Source: Callorhinchus milii (taxonomy: Eukaryota). From it: a stretch of DNA of 64,000 nt. This document shows positions 1-13,010 of this stretch, piece after piece. The stretch is from assembly GCF_018977255.1 (NCBI RefSeq), contig NW_024704743.1, positions 27,468,001-27,532,000 on the forward strand, read 5' to 3'. The notes below the pieces were generated by a model. That model worked only from the letters and a program-made list of their open reading frames with translations. It ran no database searches and was not told the origin of the DNA. The position numbers and the translations under genes were made by a program. Numbering within the stretch: the stretch's first letter is position 1; the number at the start of each line of letters is the position of its first letter.

Positions 1-214
1 CGGTTGAATGCAAATCTACTTTGCCTCCTTCAGTACCAACTCCAGGTACACCGATCTTCTACCAGCTTGTCTGGCAGGCATCAGGTCCTGAATGAGTGCA
101 AACTTCATGCAGCTGAATGGGCACAAGATGGAAGTCATACTCCTTGCCTCCTGTCAATGTCTTCACTGCTGCGGATCCCACCTCCTCAAACTCCCTGGGC
201 TCTCCCTCACACTT

Positions 215-680
215 ACTGAAACAATGCACAATCTAGGTGTCTGGTTCATTACCCAGCTCTCCTTCCTCCCCCATATCCGGTACCTGACCAAGATAGCTTT
301 CTTTCACCTCCACCACATTAGCCACTTCTGACTGTACCTTACCCCAAATGCAGTCGAAACCCTTGTGCATGCATTTGTTAACCTCCCGCCTGGATTATTC
401 AAATGCACTCCTTTACGGTCTCCCCAGCTTCACTATTCAAAAGATCTAGCTCATTAAGAACGCTGCCACCTGCATACTTACCCGGAACAAACTCCGTACC
501 CACATCTCAACAGTTCTGGCCAGATCAGTTGAGTTAGTAATTTCATCTGAATGAGCAGTTTGGCCACCTCACCCACCCCCACCATCCCACCCCCAGCTCA
601 GCGTCAGACTCTGCCACCTTTAAGCGCTCTGAGACGTTACCCTGCGGTGAGAGGGCTATATAAGTGCAAGTTGTTGTTAT
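215..680 (+). mobile_element. Degenerate L2 3' fragment
   Basis: HNLGVWF..LSFLPHI and [17 protein letters not shown]-like remnants; tail aagcgctctgagacg...gctatataagtgcaagttgttg. Confidence 0.8.
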
Positions 681-950
681 ATATTGTTTCTTTTCAAATA
701 TTTATCCAATTCCATTTTTAAATGTTGTTGTGATCTTAGCTTCAATAGCCAGACATGGCAAATCATTCCATAATCTGGTTGTAAGTGTGAATATGGAAAG
801 CAGATAGGTAGTGAGCAGGGTCAGAGAAGAGCACAGGAGAAAGATCATCTATCCACTTTCAAGAGGTAAAGAAGACTGACTTAGAAGATGCTGTACTACA
901 TGTGTAGAATTGGACAATATAATGATCAATGTGAATGCTATAAATAGCAA

Positions 951-1073
951 CAAAATGCAAAATACTGCAGACACTGGAAATCTGAAACAAAAACAGAAGT
1001 CGCTGGGAGCATTCAGCAGGTCAGGCAGCATCTATGAATGCTGCCTGACCTGCTGAGTATTCCCAGCGACTTC
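951..1073. mobile_element. Penelope-terminus-derived fold-back element with 15-bp target-site duplication
   Basis: Arms cagaagtcgctgggagcattcagcaggtcaggcagcat and atgctgcctgacctgctgagtattcccagcgacttctg; same sequence as the 3' end of the Penelope copy (42905-42985); TSD tgctataaatagcaa at 936-950 and 1074-1088. Confidence 0.85.
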
Positions 1074-1106
1074 TGCTATAAATAGCAATGCCTGTTATTC
1101 ATTAGT

Positions 1107-1413
1107 GGAGTCCTGTAGCTCAGTGGCTAGAGCACTCACTTTGCAAGTGAGAGACCTGGGTTCGATTCCCGGCAGGGTGAAACCTTGGGCAAGTTTGCTT
1201 ACTCCACAAGCCTGATAATAATCCCTCAAAAAAAGCAACCACAAATTGGTCTTTTCAATCCACGACTGTTTGTGGGACACTGCTGGGTGCAATTGGCTGC
1301 AGCATTTTGCCCACAAATATACAGTCAATTCACTTTACAGTCTATTCTGTAAAGCGCTTTGAGACATCTAGAAGTCGTGAAGAGAGCTATATCAAATGCA
1401 AGGATTATTATTA
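1107..1413 (+). mobile_element. Young tRNA(Ala)-derived SINE with L2-like tail
   Basis: A box tagctcagtgg, TGC anticodon-like loop, B box ggttcgattcc, shared body and tail gctatatcaaatgcaagga(tta)n. Confidence 0.9.
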
Positions 1414-1454
1414 CGTACCTCATTACCTCAATTTAAAGAGTGGATTGGTTGGGT

Positions 1455-1775
1455 CTAGTTTCTCTGGAGAATAGAAGTGTTTAAAATTATAAAAGTGTTT
1501 GCTGCTTCTACTGATTGGGGTGTCTGTACCAAGAGAACTCAATAAAAATTAGAGATTAGGAGAATAAAAAGAGTATTTAGGAGGAACTACTTCACACAGA
1601 GGGCTGTGAGATTGTAGAATTCACTGACTGAAGCAGTGGTTGAATCAAATGGTATAGAAGGGAAGTGAAGGGTATGGGAAAGAGTAAAAGAATGGGAAAC
1701 ATGTGAGGCAGTGTCTCGTTGAGTATAAATACTAGCATGGACTGACTGGGCTGAGTGCTGCTTCCGTTTTGTACA
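1455..1775 (+). mobile_element. Degenerate CR1 3' end
   Basis: tttaaaattat...ttcacacagagggctgtgagattgtagaattcactg and a CR1-type 3'UTR end. Confidence 0.6.
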
Positions 1776-2934
1776 TTATTTTTAATTCCTTTGTAAATTA
1801 CAATAGAAATAAAAGAGTGCTTATTATTTGATCTGCAATTTTCTTTAGATCAACAGATTGAAGATCTCCAATTTATATTTAGAAACACAGAAAGCATCAG
1901 TGCAGAAGGAGGCCATTCGGCCCATCAAGCCCACATTGGCTCAGAAGCTTCCAATTAGTATTTGAGTTGTATGAGATGTGATTCGGAATACCTCCAATTT
2001 CTGGCCAAAGGTGCTCATCAAAGTTAAGGTCACACGCTTGGATGTAAGGAGCAGTGAAAAAAAAATGTCCCCTCCAGCAGGAGAGTTTCACTGGAGACAT
2101 GCAGCAGCAGTGATTGGGCCACTGAAGGTGCACGAACCATCTGCACTCAGCTTTGTTGCACAATGTTCCCGGACTCCGCCAGACACTAGCGACTGCCAGG
2201 TACTCTTTTACATGAACCTATTGTCAACTAGGGCATCTCTTTCATAATAAGATGCAGACATCATCTGGAATGACAAGTCAGTGTTCAGATTTGGTCACTC
2301 TGTCAGTTAGGGCTGCAACTTGTCACTGTGATTATACAGCAAACTTTCACCTGACAGTCAAGAGGATTTCACCCAACTAAAAGATAATCTGAAGCTGCTC
2401 TAAAAGCAATGACTGGATCTAGTGTGGGTTGGGGGGGGGTGGATAAAAAGCCAAGATTGTTCTGAAACAGATCATTTGATGAACATTTTTCTGTCCTAAA
2501 GCACTATAAAAATGAAGCATTTATGACAGCAAGATCATAAAGCATTTTGAGTTGTACTCATTAGCACGTTGAGATTTGTTCCACAGGAAATAGTGGGTTT
2601 GATAAAATGCTATTTCTTTTTTTCTCTCTCGTGAAACTATTCAGTATTGAATCAGTGTTGCGCAGAGCAAAGAAAGAAATCCACTCAAAAAGGCTTCAAA
2701 AAATTCCATTTGCCTCATTTTAATCAGCAAATTAATCCACATTTTTGATTGATCCACTGAATCAAAGACTTTACAGCATGGGGGGAGGTGAGATAGTGCC
2801 TATCCTGGTCCTCTGACAATGCTATCCATTTAGTGCTACTTCCCTATTCTTTGCCCAAAACAATTACTGAGGAGTGCTGGGTGTAATGAAGGCTTTAGTA
2901 GTAAAAACAGAAGAAGAGATTATTCTCTAGAGAG

Positions 2935-3215
2935 GGAGAGACTAGATAGTGTTAGTGTTCAGGGGGATTTGGGTGTCCTTGGACACCAGTCACAAAAAGA
3001 TAGTATGCAGGTACAGCAAGCAACTAGGCCAATGGCATGTTGGCGTTTATTGCAAAAAGGTTAGAATACATGAGTAGGGAAGTCTTGCTGCAACCGCTTA
3101 GGGCCTTTTTGATTCTGCACCTAGAATATTGTGTGCAGTTTTGGTTTTCTTATTTAAGAAAGGACATACTTGCCTTAGAGGGGGTGCATCGTAGATTCAC
3201 TAGGTTGGTTCCTGC
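2935..3215 (+). mobile_element. CR1 LINE fragment
   Basis: HLEYCVQFWFSYLRKDILALEGVHRRFTRLVP (ORF 3037-3282) and upstream DLGV-like motif. Confidence 0.9.
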
Positions 3216-3962
3216 ACAGCAATATCCCATAATATCCCATAATATTCATGGAATATTATTTTCTTGTATGTTGCTGCTATGAATGAGTTTACTGCATTTC
3301 CTAAACGCCTATCTCTTTGACTGTGACTTCAGCCACCTCCCTCATACCCCTGTCCATCTCCAACACTTCTTGGACTCCCACTCAAACTCTGCAAAGTACT
3401 TTGAAATGTGTTTCTGTGTGAAAGGCACTATATAAGTGCAAGTTGATGTTGTCAATGTAGCATTCTTGACTGCAGAGTTGAAAAGTTTCAGAAATGCAAT
3501 CTGGTCAAATTATTGCTGAAGGTGAGTCATATTTTTGGTTTTTATGAAGAAACATGCGGAGAGGGATCACTAGTCACAATTTCTGCTCCGAATCAATCTT
3601 CTGTTGAATAGATAACTCATTGTTGTACACAAAACAGCACAAACAAATCAATGATATTTGGGCCATTTTAAATGAGTTCACAGAAAGGTCAATCACCTCA
3701 CCATACCTGAATTATAATAGTATGGGGGAACTAGGGTTCTTCAATTTCCACACTTACAACTTTTAAAGCTTACCTTTGAAACTATCCACTTGGACTTGAT
3801 TGTTCAGTTGATTTTCATGACCGAGCTGGGTTCAATGGAAAAATTGTATCATTAAAGACAGAATTAAACAAATCTATAAGAAATAATACATCAAGAAGGA
3901 AACTTAATAATGTAAACAATTTGTTGTAAGTGGTGCAGCTTTTATCCAACATCAAGGATAGA

Positions 3963-4617
3963 ATAACAACAACAGTAAAATGACATTTGTATAGCACCTT
4001 TCATGTCAGGAGGATGTCGTAAGGTGTTGGACAATCAGTGTTTTGCACCCAAACTGGGGGTCGGGATAGGGGAGGGTGGGGAGCAGTGGGGGATGGAGGG
4101 TGACCAAAGGCATGGTCAAAGAGGAGGGTCTTGAGACGGGTCTTGAGGGAGGCAATGGAGGGGTTGAGGTGGAGGGACCACAGGATGGAGTTCCAGAGGG
4201 TGGAGGCAGAGTGGCAGAAGGCCTGCCCGCCAATGGTGGGGCGGGCGAGGCAGGGAATGTAAAGCAGGCCGGAGCCTGTTGAGCGGAGGGAACGGATAGA
4301 TTGGTAGGGGGTTAGAAAGTTGCAGGGGGAGCAAGGCCATGGAGGGCTCTGAAGGTGAGCACCAGGATCTTGAACTGTATCCTCTGTGTGATGGGAAGCC
4401 AGTGGAGTCGGGTGAGGGTTGGGGTGATAGGGTCGCGGAGCCTGGTGTGGAAGAGGACATGGGCTGCAGAGTTCTGGATGACCTGCAGTTTGTGGAGGGA
4501 GGAGTTGGGGAGCCCGACAAGCAGTGAGTTTGCATAGTCGAGCCTGGATGTGATGAATGCGTGTATGAGGGTCTCGGTAGCCTGTGGTGTGAGGTGGGGG
4601 AAGCCAGAGCAGGACAT
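3963..4617 (-). mobile_element. L2 3' fragment
   Basis: HLTPQATETLIHAFITSRLDYANSLL...LHWLPITQRIQFKILVL; (aac)n tail at ~3963. Confidence 0.92.
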
Positions 4618-4628
4618 GACATGGATGT

Positions 4629-4927
4629 TATAATAATAATAATCCTTGCATTTGATATAGTGCCTTATCACTTCTGTGAGACATCTCAAAATGCTTTGCA
4701 GAATATACTGTAAAGTGAATTGACAGTATATTTTGTCGGCGAAACATGGCAGCCAATTGCGGACAGCAGTGTCCCACAAACAGTCGTGGATTGAGTGACC
4801 AAATTATTATTATTTTTATTTTATTGTATAAAAAAATTTAGAAGACATTATTACACCTGCCCAATAATCGAACCCATGTCCTCTTGCTTGTAGGGTGTTT
4901 ACTCCAACCACTGTGCTACAGGACTCT
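4629..4927 (-). mobile_element. tRNA-derived SINE (young family)
   Basis: (taa)n tail, shared body, head ...ccactgtgctacaggactc on plus strand. Confidence 0.88.
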
Positions 4928-4944
4928 ATTCGAAAGAGTTTTAA

Positions 4945-5295
4945 CTAGGTCCAGGTTGATGCTCCATTTAAGTGCTGTGGGTATTCTGTATTGTTGGAGG
5001 TGATGTCCATTGAATGAAATATTAAACCAGGATACCGTCTGCCTCTGCAGATGCACATTAAGTATCCCATGGCACTATTGGAAAAGAGAAAGAAGTTTCT
5101 CCTGCTGTACTGGCCAACAATACCCAAAATTAAAATTGAACACTCACACAATGATTATTTTTTGTGACATTGTTGTGTGCAAATTGGCTGCCCTATTTGC
5201 CCACAAAATACAATCATATGTATTTACATTAAAGTGAAGCATTTTGATACATCTCAGTGATGTGACAAGGGGCTATATTAAATGCAAGGATTATT
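4945..5295 (+). mobile_element. Old Deu-domain SINE (SacSINE1/AmnSINE-like)
   Basis: tcccatggcactattggaaaagag...tggccaaca...ttgttgtgtgcaaattggctgcc, matching the recalled Deu core. Confidence 0.7.
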
Positions 5296-5794
5296 GTAAA
5301 ATGCAGTAACTTTTTTTTGTAGGGAAACGTAACAGCCAATGTCTGACAAACAGCCACAAACTGAATGATTAATTACATCTGGCCAGAACAATGAGAGAAA
5401 TATCCTTGCCTTTTAAAATAGCCAAGGGAACTTTAACATTCACCTAACTAAGCAGAGAGAAGGAATTTGAGGATATGCGGAAAGAGAAGAGAATCGGGAT
5501 TAAGATGGATGATGTCTTAGTGGAGCAAACAGCAACATGAAAAATTTTTACATTTCTATGGTTCTATTTTGTAAATATTACTCAAAGGGTAACTCTAAAG
5601 ATCTATGTGTTTGTGATGGTTCAAGGGGAACAGTCTTCATGAATAACTATTTGTCAAATATGTTTTAATTTTAAAAAAAGCCACAGACAATATTATCACA
5701 AAGTTATCATGCACTGAGGAAAGACAAATGTAACTTATTTTATTCTATATTAGAAAATGAAAATAAAATGATTTGTCAGCTTTTCGCTTTTTTT

Positions 5795-6060
5795 TCACTT
5801 CCAATTTTCGTCTGCCTCTCCTGAAGGTACTGATTCACCCTGGGGATGACTGAATGAACACTTGCCACTCTCAGGTGCCTCCCAGGATTCTTCGAATAGC
5901 AATCAGGATTAAGAACCGTGGCAGATTTTCCCTTCCCAAGCCTAAGGGCGCAGAGACCAATTGGACAATTTGCTAACTCAGCCCAAACCAGGATCAAACC
6001 TGGCACTGTGTAGTTCTGTATAACTAGTTTCACTTCAGGCTGTGGGTTTACCATTCAAGA
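5795..6060 (-). mobile_element. Ancient interspersed repeat (related copies at ~49590-49760 minus and ~61040-61375 plus)
   Basis: Shared ends ctctcctga / tcaggagag and gctaactcagc / gctgagt; ccaagtggtcattattca at ~49722 versus tgaataaggtcacttggg at ~61271. Confidence 0.5.
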
Positions 6061-9000
6061 GATAGAAATTTCACCTGGTTCTACATTTACTCTACTCTCT
6101 TCGCATTTTATGATGTCCACAATTTGTCAAATTCTTAAATACAGCCTTGATGTTGAAGTCGTTCTTATCCTAAGTTGCTTTTAAGAACTACTGAAAAATG
6201 ACTTAAAAGTTAAGACTGAATTTGGATGCACTAAAAGAGAGAACATCTGGATCCAGGTGCAATTTATCTCTCTAAGTTGCTTAAAGATCTTTCCAGACTT
6301 CCTTTGATGATGACCCTTCAAAGAAAAATTGCAATTTAAGAATATGTTATGTTTGTACAATAAAGAGTGTGAGTGCATAGTCTGCTGCATCTATTTACTC
6401 TCATTTTCAACTATTAACATAAAACCTCTTTTGTAGTTTATTTGTTCTAAACCGTACAATTGTGTAATAAATGTTATTGTTTCACTGTTTGCTTCCAGAC
6501 TGTTATTTCATCAACATTTTCCCTTCAGGATGAGAATCATTTATAGTGGCACGCTTGTCACTGCAGTGTCACATCAAGAGGTCAAAACTGCTTTCTCAAG
6601 GAAAAAATAACAGCTGTGCTTCTGTTGCTTTAGGAAGAATGTCTTCATGTTGCTGAAGGAAGTGCTGAAAAAATTGAATACAATTATTTTTTCATACAGA
6701 AATGTTGGTTTCTAAAAATACTATTCAGCTAGGACCTCTGAGTCACTACTCTGTATCCCTGATGCTGTATTAAAAGGAAATAAGACAGCAAAGAAAATGA
6801 GGTGGAGTACCCAAATGAAAAGGAAAGATTCATTTCAAAACAAAAGGGTACCACTCCATAAAGACCTTCACTGCAGCTTAACTGAGGCAACTGAAAAGCT
6901 CTACCCAAGGCCAATATCTACTCCTCTCTGAGCACAGAGAGGGTTAGATACAGTCTAGCATGTCCCAAAGTGCTTAAAAAGATATTTATAAAGTGTATTG
7001 ACTGTATTCTGTAGGTAGATACGGCAGTCAATTTGCACATAGCAATGTCCCACCAACAGCCATGAAGTGAATAAACAATTTTATTTAGGGATTGTTGACC
7101 AGGGCACCAGGAGAGAGAGACTCCCTTCTCTTTTTGAATAGTATCACAGGATCTTTGCGCGTCCTCGCGCTGATTGGCTGATTTCCTGTGCAGGATGCTG
7201 GCCAGTCCATGTTGAAAGTGATGTCAGGCACCAGAAAGAGTGACTGTTGACCATGTTTATTTTGTGAACCCATTATAACATGAGTCTAACTTAAGGAGCC
7301 AAAACACTGCATTATAACAGACATTTTGAGATGTCATCTTGTCTTAAAAGGCGCTACATAATAATAATAATAATAATAATAATGCTTGCATTTTATATAA
7401 ATATGTGTATATATAAATGTGAATTGTTCTTGCTGTTGTTCTCATAGCATTTGAGCATCAGATACCGACCTAACTGATTGAGTTAAACCACTATGCCGTG
7501 AAATGACAGTAAAATGTTGCATAGACTACAATAACCAACTTGGATCTAAATCACCGAGTCAAGGTCAGAGAAAAGAAAAGATATTCACCACCCCGTAACC
7601 AGTCAATAATTAGATAGATTAGTGTTACCATTTCCAGGAGTAATGTGAAAGGAAAAACAAGCTACACAACTGGTGCACTGAAGGTCTGGATAAGAGCACA
7701 TGAGTTGATATAGGTAGATCAAACTGTCAGGAGGGGATGGAGCAATATCCCTCTTCTGTGTGGAAAAACAACATGAAAGCCTTGAACAATGAGGCACTCC
7801 TGGCTGTTCTAAAGGGCCATGGAAACATATATCTCCCAAGATTAGAAGGTACTATTATTGTAGAAACTTACGGCACAGAAGGAGCTATTTGACCCTTCAA
7901 GTTTGCATCAGTTCTCAGTGTAGTTCATTCAATCCACTGCACTGTTCCATCCTTATATTTTTCCATATATTTAGAAAATACACCTTTTGATATACCCTTC
8001 GTATTCGGAGGATGATGGACAATTGGAAGCTAGCTCACAGGTTTTTTTTTAAATTTTGGATTGAGCCAAGTTGAAGACCAAACAGAAGTTGGATGAAGAA
8101 TTATTGGGCAATAATGGAAGGAGTTGATCCACACACTCGGTAAACAGATTTACTTTCAGGATCAAAGAACATATTACCTTGCAGATGAGCAAAACTGATA
8201 AAAACATTGTTTATGTTTCAAAGAACTCTCAAGTGCAGTTTGCCAAATAGCTAACGAGGATCACTCTTCTTCCCAAGAACTTATTATTTATTTGAATAAA
8301 TTTCCTAAGTGATTGATACCGTAGACATGACCCAGCTGAGTAAAATAAACAATTTTATGTGCCTATCTGATGATAAAATGCAAAATAAATTATTTGTGTG
8401 CGATTTCAGATTATTGCTGTTCTCTGTATTACAGGAATGACTTACATAATTCTCCAATCTATTTTAAGAACCTGCAAACATCAGTTCTATATAGCTATTC
8501 TATAAAGGTACTAATTAAGTGCAGAACCAAATGTTGGTGTAATGCATAGAACCACTGGGGTTGAAATGCAAAATTCTAATAGTAATTAATAGTTTCTGAA
8601 TGAAATTATGGGATTTCAATGAAATTTGATTTTAAAAAACACTTCAGAAACACTTCAGGGGGGAAAAAAAATCCCAAACCTTCAAAAGTCGTTTTGCAGC
8701 TAGTGTTTTGCTTTCCAAGATTCTGCTATAATTCTTGGCTAATGTTTGAGCCAATTTCATGTAATTTCACAGAAGCTATTGCAGTGACATGAACAGACTG
8801 GAGGTGGGGTAAACTTCTGCAAATCAATTAGTGGAATGCATTATCTGAAGAGTTAAAGATCCACCTGTTCCTCATTCCGAGAATAATGAATCTTCTGTTA
8901 TTCATGGTGAGGGGAGGTAAGACGAGTTGCCTCAGCGTGATATGCTTAGAAATGGAATGGTAGAATTGAATAAACCTTCTGATGTGGACACCTATCTGAC

Positions 9001-9600
9001 AAAAAAAATCTAGCATCTCTTTCCATTAACTCCATGATGAATATCTTTAATTTGCTTGCACAGTATCTCAATGGTTGTAACATGTACTTCATGATGCTGC
9101 TCCATTAAGCAATGAGGTGGTTATGAGTAGCTTTTATGTAACAAAATTCATAAATAAAAATGCAAAAGTATGTACATCTTATTTGGAAGCATCTAGACAC
9201 CTCACTTGTTGGACAAAAGGCATCACTAATGTTCACACTTAATGTATAAGAAAAACTACAAGGCATCATGATAAAATGGCCTTAGCTAGAGTACTGTATT
9301 CAATTCTGGGCACCACACCTTAAGAAGGATGTCAAGGCATTGGAAAGAGTCCAAAGGAGATTTACCAGGAAGGTACTGGGAATGAGGGACTTCAGTTATC
9401 AGGAGAGGCTAGAGAAGCTAGGATTATTCTCCTTGGAGCAGAGAAGGTTAAGAGGAGACTTAATAGAAGCTTTCAAAATTATGAGGGGATTCGATAGGGT
9501 GAACAATTTATTTCCACTGGCAGGTGGGTCAGTAACTCGAGGAAAATGATTTAAAATTGTTATTAAAAGAAACAGCGATGAGGTGAGGAGAAGTTTTTTA

Positions 9601-9858
9601 TAATAATATAACAATAATCCTTGCATTGATATAGCACTTTTCACGTCTTCTAGATGTCTCAAAGCGCTTCACAGAATAGACTATAAAGTGATTTGACTGT
9701 ATATTTGTGGGCGAAACGCGGCAGCCAATTGCGCACAGCAGCCAACAGTTGTGGATCGAAAATGACCAATATATTATTGTTTTGTTTTGAAGGGATTATT
9801 AATAGGTGTGTGGAGTAAGGAAACTTGCCCAAGGTTTTGCCCTGCCTGGAATTAAACT
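9601..9858 (-). mobile_element. tRNA-derived SINE (head truncated) inserted in CR1
   Basis: Family body and tail on the minus strand. Confidence 0.85.
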
Positions 9859-9927
9859 GGAATTTTCACACAGCGAGTTGTTCGGATCTGGAATGTATTG
9901 CCTGAAAGGGTGGTGGAAGCCGATTCG

Positions 9928-10319
9928 ATAATCATAATCATAATCATAATCATAATCATAATCATAATCATAATCATAATCGTAATCATAATCATAATCA
10001 TAATCCTTGCATTTGATATAGCACTTTTCACGTCGGGAGGACGACCCAAAGTGCTTCACTGTAAAGTGAATTCACTGTAAAGTGAATTGACTGTATATTT
10101 GTGGGTGAACGCGGCAGCCAATTGCGCACAGCAATGTCCCACAAACAGTCGTAGATTGAAAATGACCATTTTTTATTGTTTTGGGTTTGGGAAGGATTAT
10201 TATTAGGCTCTGTGTGGAGTAAGGAAACTTGCCCAAGGTTTCGCCCTGACCTGCCTGGAATTGAACTCAGGTCTCTCGCTTGCAAAGCGAGTGCTCTAAC
10301 CACTGAGCTACAGGACTCC
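9928..10319 (-). mobile_element. tRNA-derived SINE with (GATTAT)n tail inserted in CR1
   Basis: Complete head at 10260-10319; tail expanded into about 13 ATAATC units (9928-10005). Confidence 0.9.
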
Positions 10320-11857
10320 ACGAAGATAAGATAACAACTTTTAAGAGGGAAGTAGATAATTATTTGGGGAGGACAAGTTTACAGGGCTATGGGGAGAGAG
10401 CGGGGGAGTGGGATTGATTTGGATAGCTCTTTTCAAAGAGCCGACACAGACATAGTGGGCCGAATGGCCTCGTTCTGTGCTGTATAATTCTACGATTCTG
10501 TGAAAATATACATACCTATTTTATGAAACGTAATGGATTTTAGGCAAACACAATCCTTTTGGGAACTCAAATGATTTCAAAGAGTATACATTTTAGATAA
10601 AAATCTATTTTGACATTAGCTGTAAAGTAAAACAGTCAATAAGGGACATAGATATAGTTCAACCATAAATACTGCAAGAAGCTTTTTTGATCAGTGAAAC
10701 CCAACTTAAAGTAATCTAGAGTTTAAAGTTTCAAAAAATTACCAATTAGTGATTTCCTCCTGGAAGAATAGGGTGTGGAGGGGTGGGGGGAGGAGTGTAA
10801 GCAGCTGAGCTTGCTCCAAATTGACATCCTTGGCAAAGGAATGTCAGACTCAATCAACCGCTGGTAGTAAAGTGGCTTCAGTAGTCCAGTTCCTGAGTCA
10901 CGCAAGTTTGTGGTATATCTAGGGCACTGCTGATGAACGGGAAGGGTGGTTCTAGCTGGGCAAGGTTGCTTTCAATGGGAAGCAGTTTTTATTTTTAAAT
11001 TCTGGTATCTCAATGTACACTCTAAGTCCCCAAGCATTGAGCCTTGCCAACAAACATCTAACACTCTCAAGCAATTAGATAAGCAAAGTGCATCCCTCCA
11101 GGGAGAGAGTCAACATTCAATTACAGTCACAGGAAATGTTGATGTTTAGGTGGCAAGCATATGTGGAACTCTCAATCTGGTTTGGATATTCATAAACACG
11201 ATGATAGGTTTCCACATCTATCAGACATGGCTGACCCCTAGAAAACTTTCAAAAAATATTAATAGATAATAGTTCAGTGATGTACTAATGCTGTCATAAA
11301 TCCTCATTTGAATTACTTGCAAATTACATCTGTATTCAAAAGACAGAATATTACGATAGGTTTGAAATGTTGTGATTTTTCAACAACATTGTTTTCACTA
11401 AAGCTTACGGCAGATGCATTCAATGATTTTTGTGACTTGCCACTCACACTAACTAGACACACTAGACATTGTGATTGTGGTTGACACTGAATTCAAAATT
11501 GACAGAACCCCAAGACCCCTTTTTCTATCAGCTTAGTTTCTATGATAGTTGTAGATGAAACATGCATGGTCCTGAAGAATACATAGGATGGCTTAAGTAA
11601 ATTTAGCGACAAGTCGATAGTTTTGTACTTCATTGTGCCATATCTACGTACAGTGCTGTATAATGGTGAGAAGTAAAATTGGTCATTGATCTGCACGAAA
11701 CACTTTGTTTTTAGAAGTGTGATTTTTTTCTGTCAGAACTCAGAATTTATCAAAGTAAAATATTAGGTATAGGATTCATACACTGATAATATCATTGGGA
11801 TCCACAAGATTTGTAATGAAATCTGTTTCTAGATTGCAGTGGTTGAATTTTAGTTTA

Positions 11858-12055
11858 CATAATAATAATAATCCTTGCATTTGATATAGCGCCTTATCAT
11901 GTTTTTGAGATGTCTCAAAGTGCTTCACAGGATATACTGTAAAATGAATTGACTGTATATTTTTGTGGGCAAAAGATGGGAGCCAATTGCACACAACAGT
12001 GTCCCATAAACAGTTATGGATTGAGTGAAACCATTATTATTTTGAAGGGATTGTT
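11858..12055 (-). mobile_element. Partial tRNA-derived SINE (3' half)
   Basis: aataataatccttgcatttgatatagc...gtcccataaacag family body. Confidence 0.8.
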
Positions 12056-12659
12056 ACCCCCGGAAAGTGATCCTCCAATTGACTGACAAGCAGATGATTA
12101 CATTTGCATTATTCAAGACATTTGGCTCATATTTTGCATTTTACCCAGAGTTTATTTATTATTAATGGCTTATTTTCCCCACGTAGCAAGTGTGGATAGT
12201 GCTGAAGCTGAGGTCCTTTCTATAGCTGATGTGGATCACACAAGTATGGTGATAAAGGAGATGAAAGTTACCCACAATATTGAGGTGACTGTTTCAGCCT
12301 CAACCTTGACCAGGCCATCGTTTACCTCTGCTCTTCACACTTCATAACAAAGCAACTGAAAGAGAGTTAGACAAATGTTGCAATCTATTTCTATAGCCTA
12401 GGCTTCCAGGGAATTGGGAAAGGGAAAGATAGACTGATGTTGCTACAAATCACTGCACTCAAGTAGGGATTAGTGAAGCAGGCTCTGTTTGGATCAGTTC
12501 ATTTCAAATTTGTTATGCTTGAATTGTCTCCAATTAGGCTGCCTGCATGTGAGAAAGAAGTCCATAGAAATTAAAACCGCACATTACAGCTGTGATACTA
12601 AAAATGTCTGTAAGACAAAATAAAACACACATGAGAATGAAACTCATGCGTGTAATTGG

Positions 12660-13010
12660 TGTCTTAAATCCATTCACGTCCTGGCACCTCCCTACCTCTC
12701 CGACCTGCTTTCTCCCAACTTGACTACCTGCTGCCTCCACTCGCTGGCTCTGCTCGTCCCTCATCCCTCCACTCCACCATCGCCCGCCATGCTTTTAGCC
12801 ACTACACTCCAAAACGTTGGAACTCTCTCCCTTAATCCCTCCACCTGCTCCCTCCATCACTTCTTTTAAATCATGACTGAAGATTTTCCTCTTCGGCCAT
12901 GTTTACAGTCGCCTCCTCCTTCCCGGCTCAGCGCCAGGCTCGGCCATTGTTAAGCGCTCCAAGACCCTGCCCTGCGTGAAGGGATGCTTTGTAAATGCAA
13001 GTTGTTGCTG
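12660..13010 (+). mobile_element. Older L2 3' end
   Basis: AFSH...WNSLP-like remnant and tail aagcgctccaagacc...gtaaatgcaagttgttg. Confidence 0.7.

Larger units (their letters stand above)
9280..10502 (+). mobile_element. CR1 3' fragment interrupted by two SINE insertions
   Basis: [43 protein letters not shown]; resumes FTQRVVRIWNVLPERVVEA at 9862-9927 and CR1 tail gggccgaatggcct...ctgtgctgta at ~10457-10485. Confidence 0.9.

Noticed and set aside
1107..1185. tRNA-Ala genes (also at 10260, 45924, 51220, 59434, 63773)
   Set aside because: tRNA-like heads lack a proper acceptor stem and continue into a shared SINE body and tail.
9799..10080. ORFs with DYDYDY, IMIMIM or poly-Ile runs
   Set aside because: Translations of the (ATAATC)n SINE-tail microsatellite.
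12187..12284. Possible plus-strand exon (SVDSAEAEVLSIAD...)
   Set aside because: AG/GT boundaries exist, but there is no recognisable homology or supporting exon chain; cannot be supported without RNA-seq.
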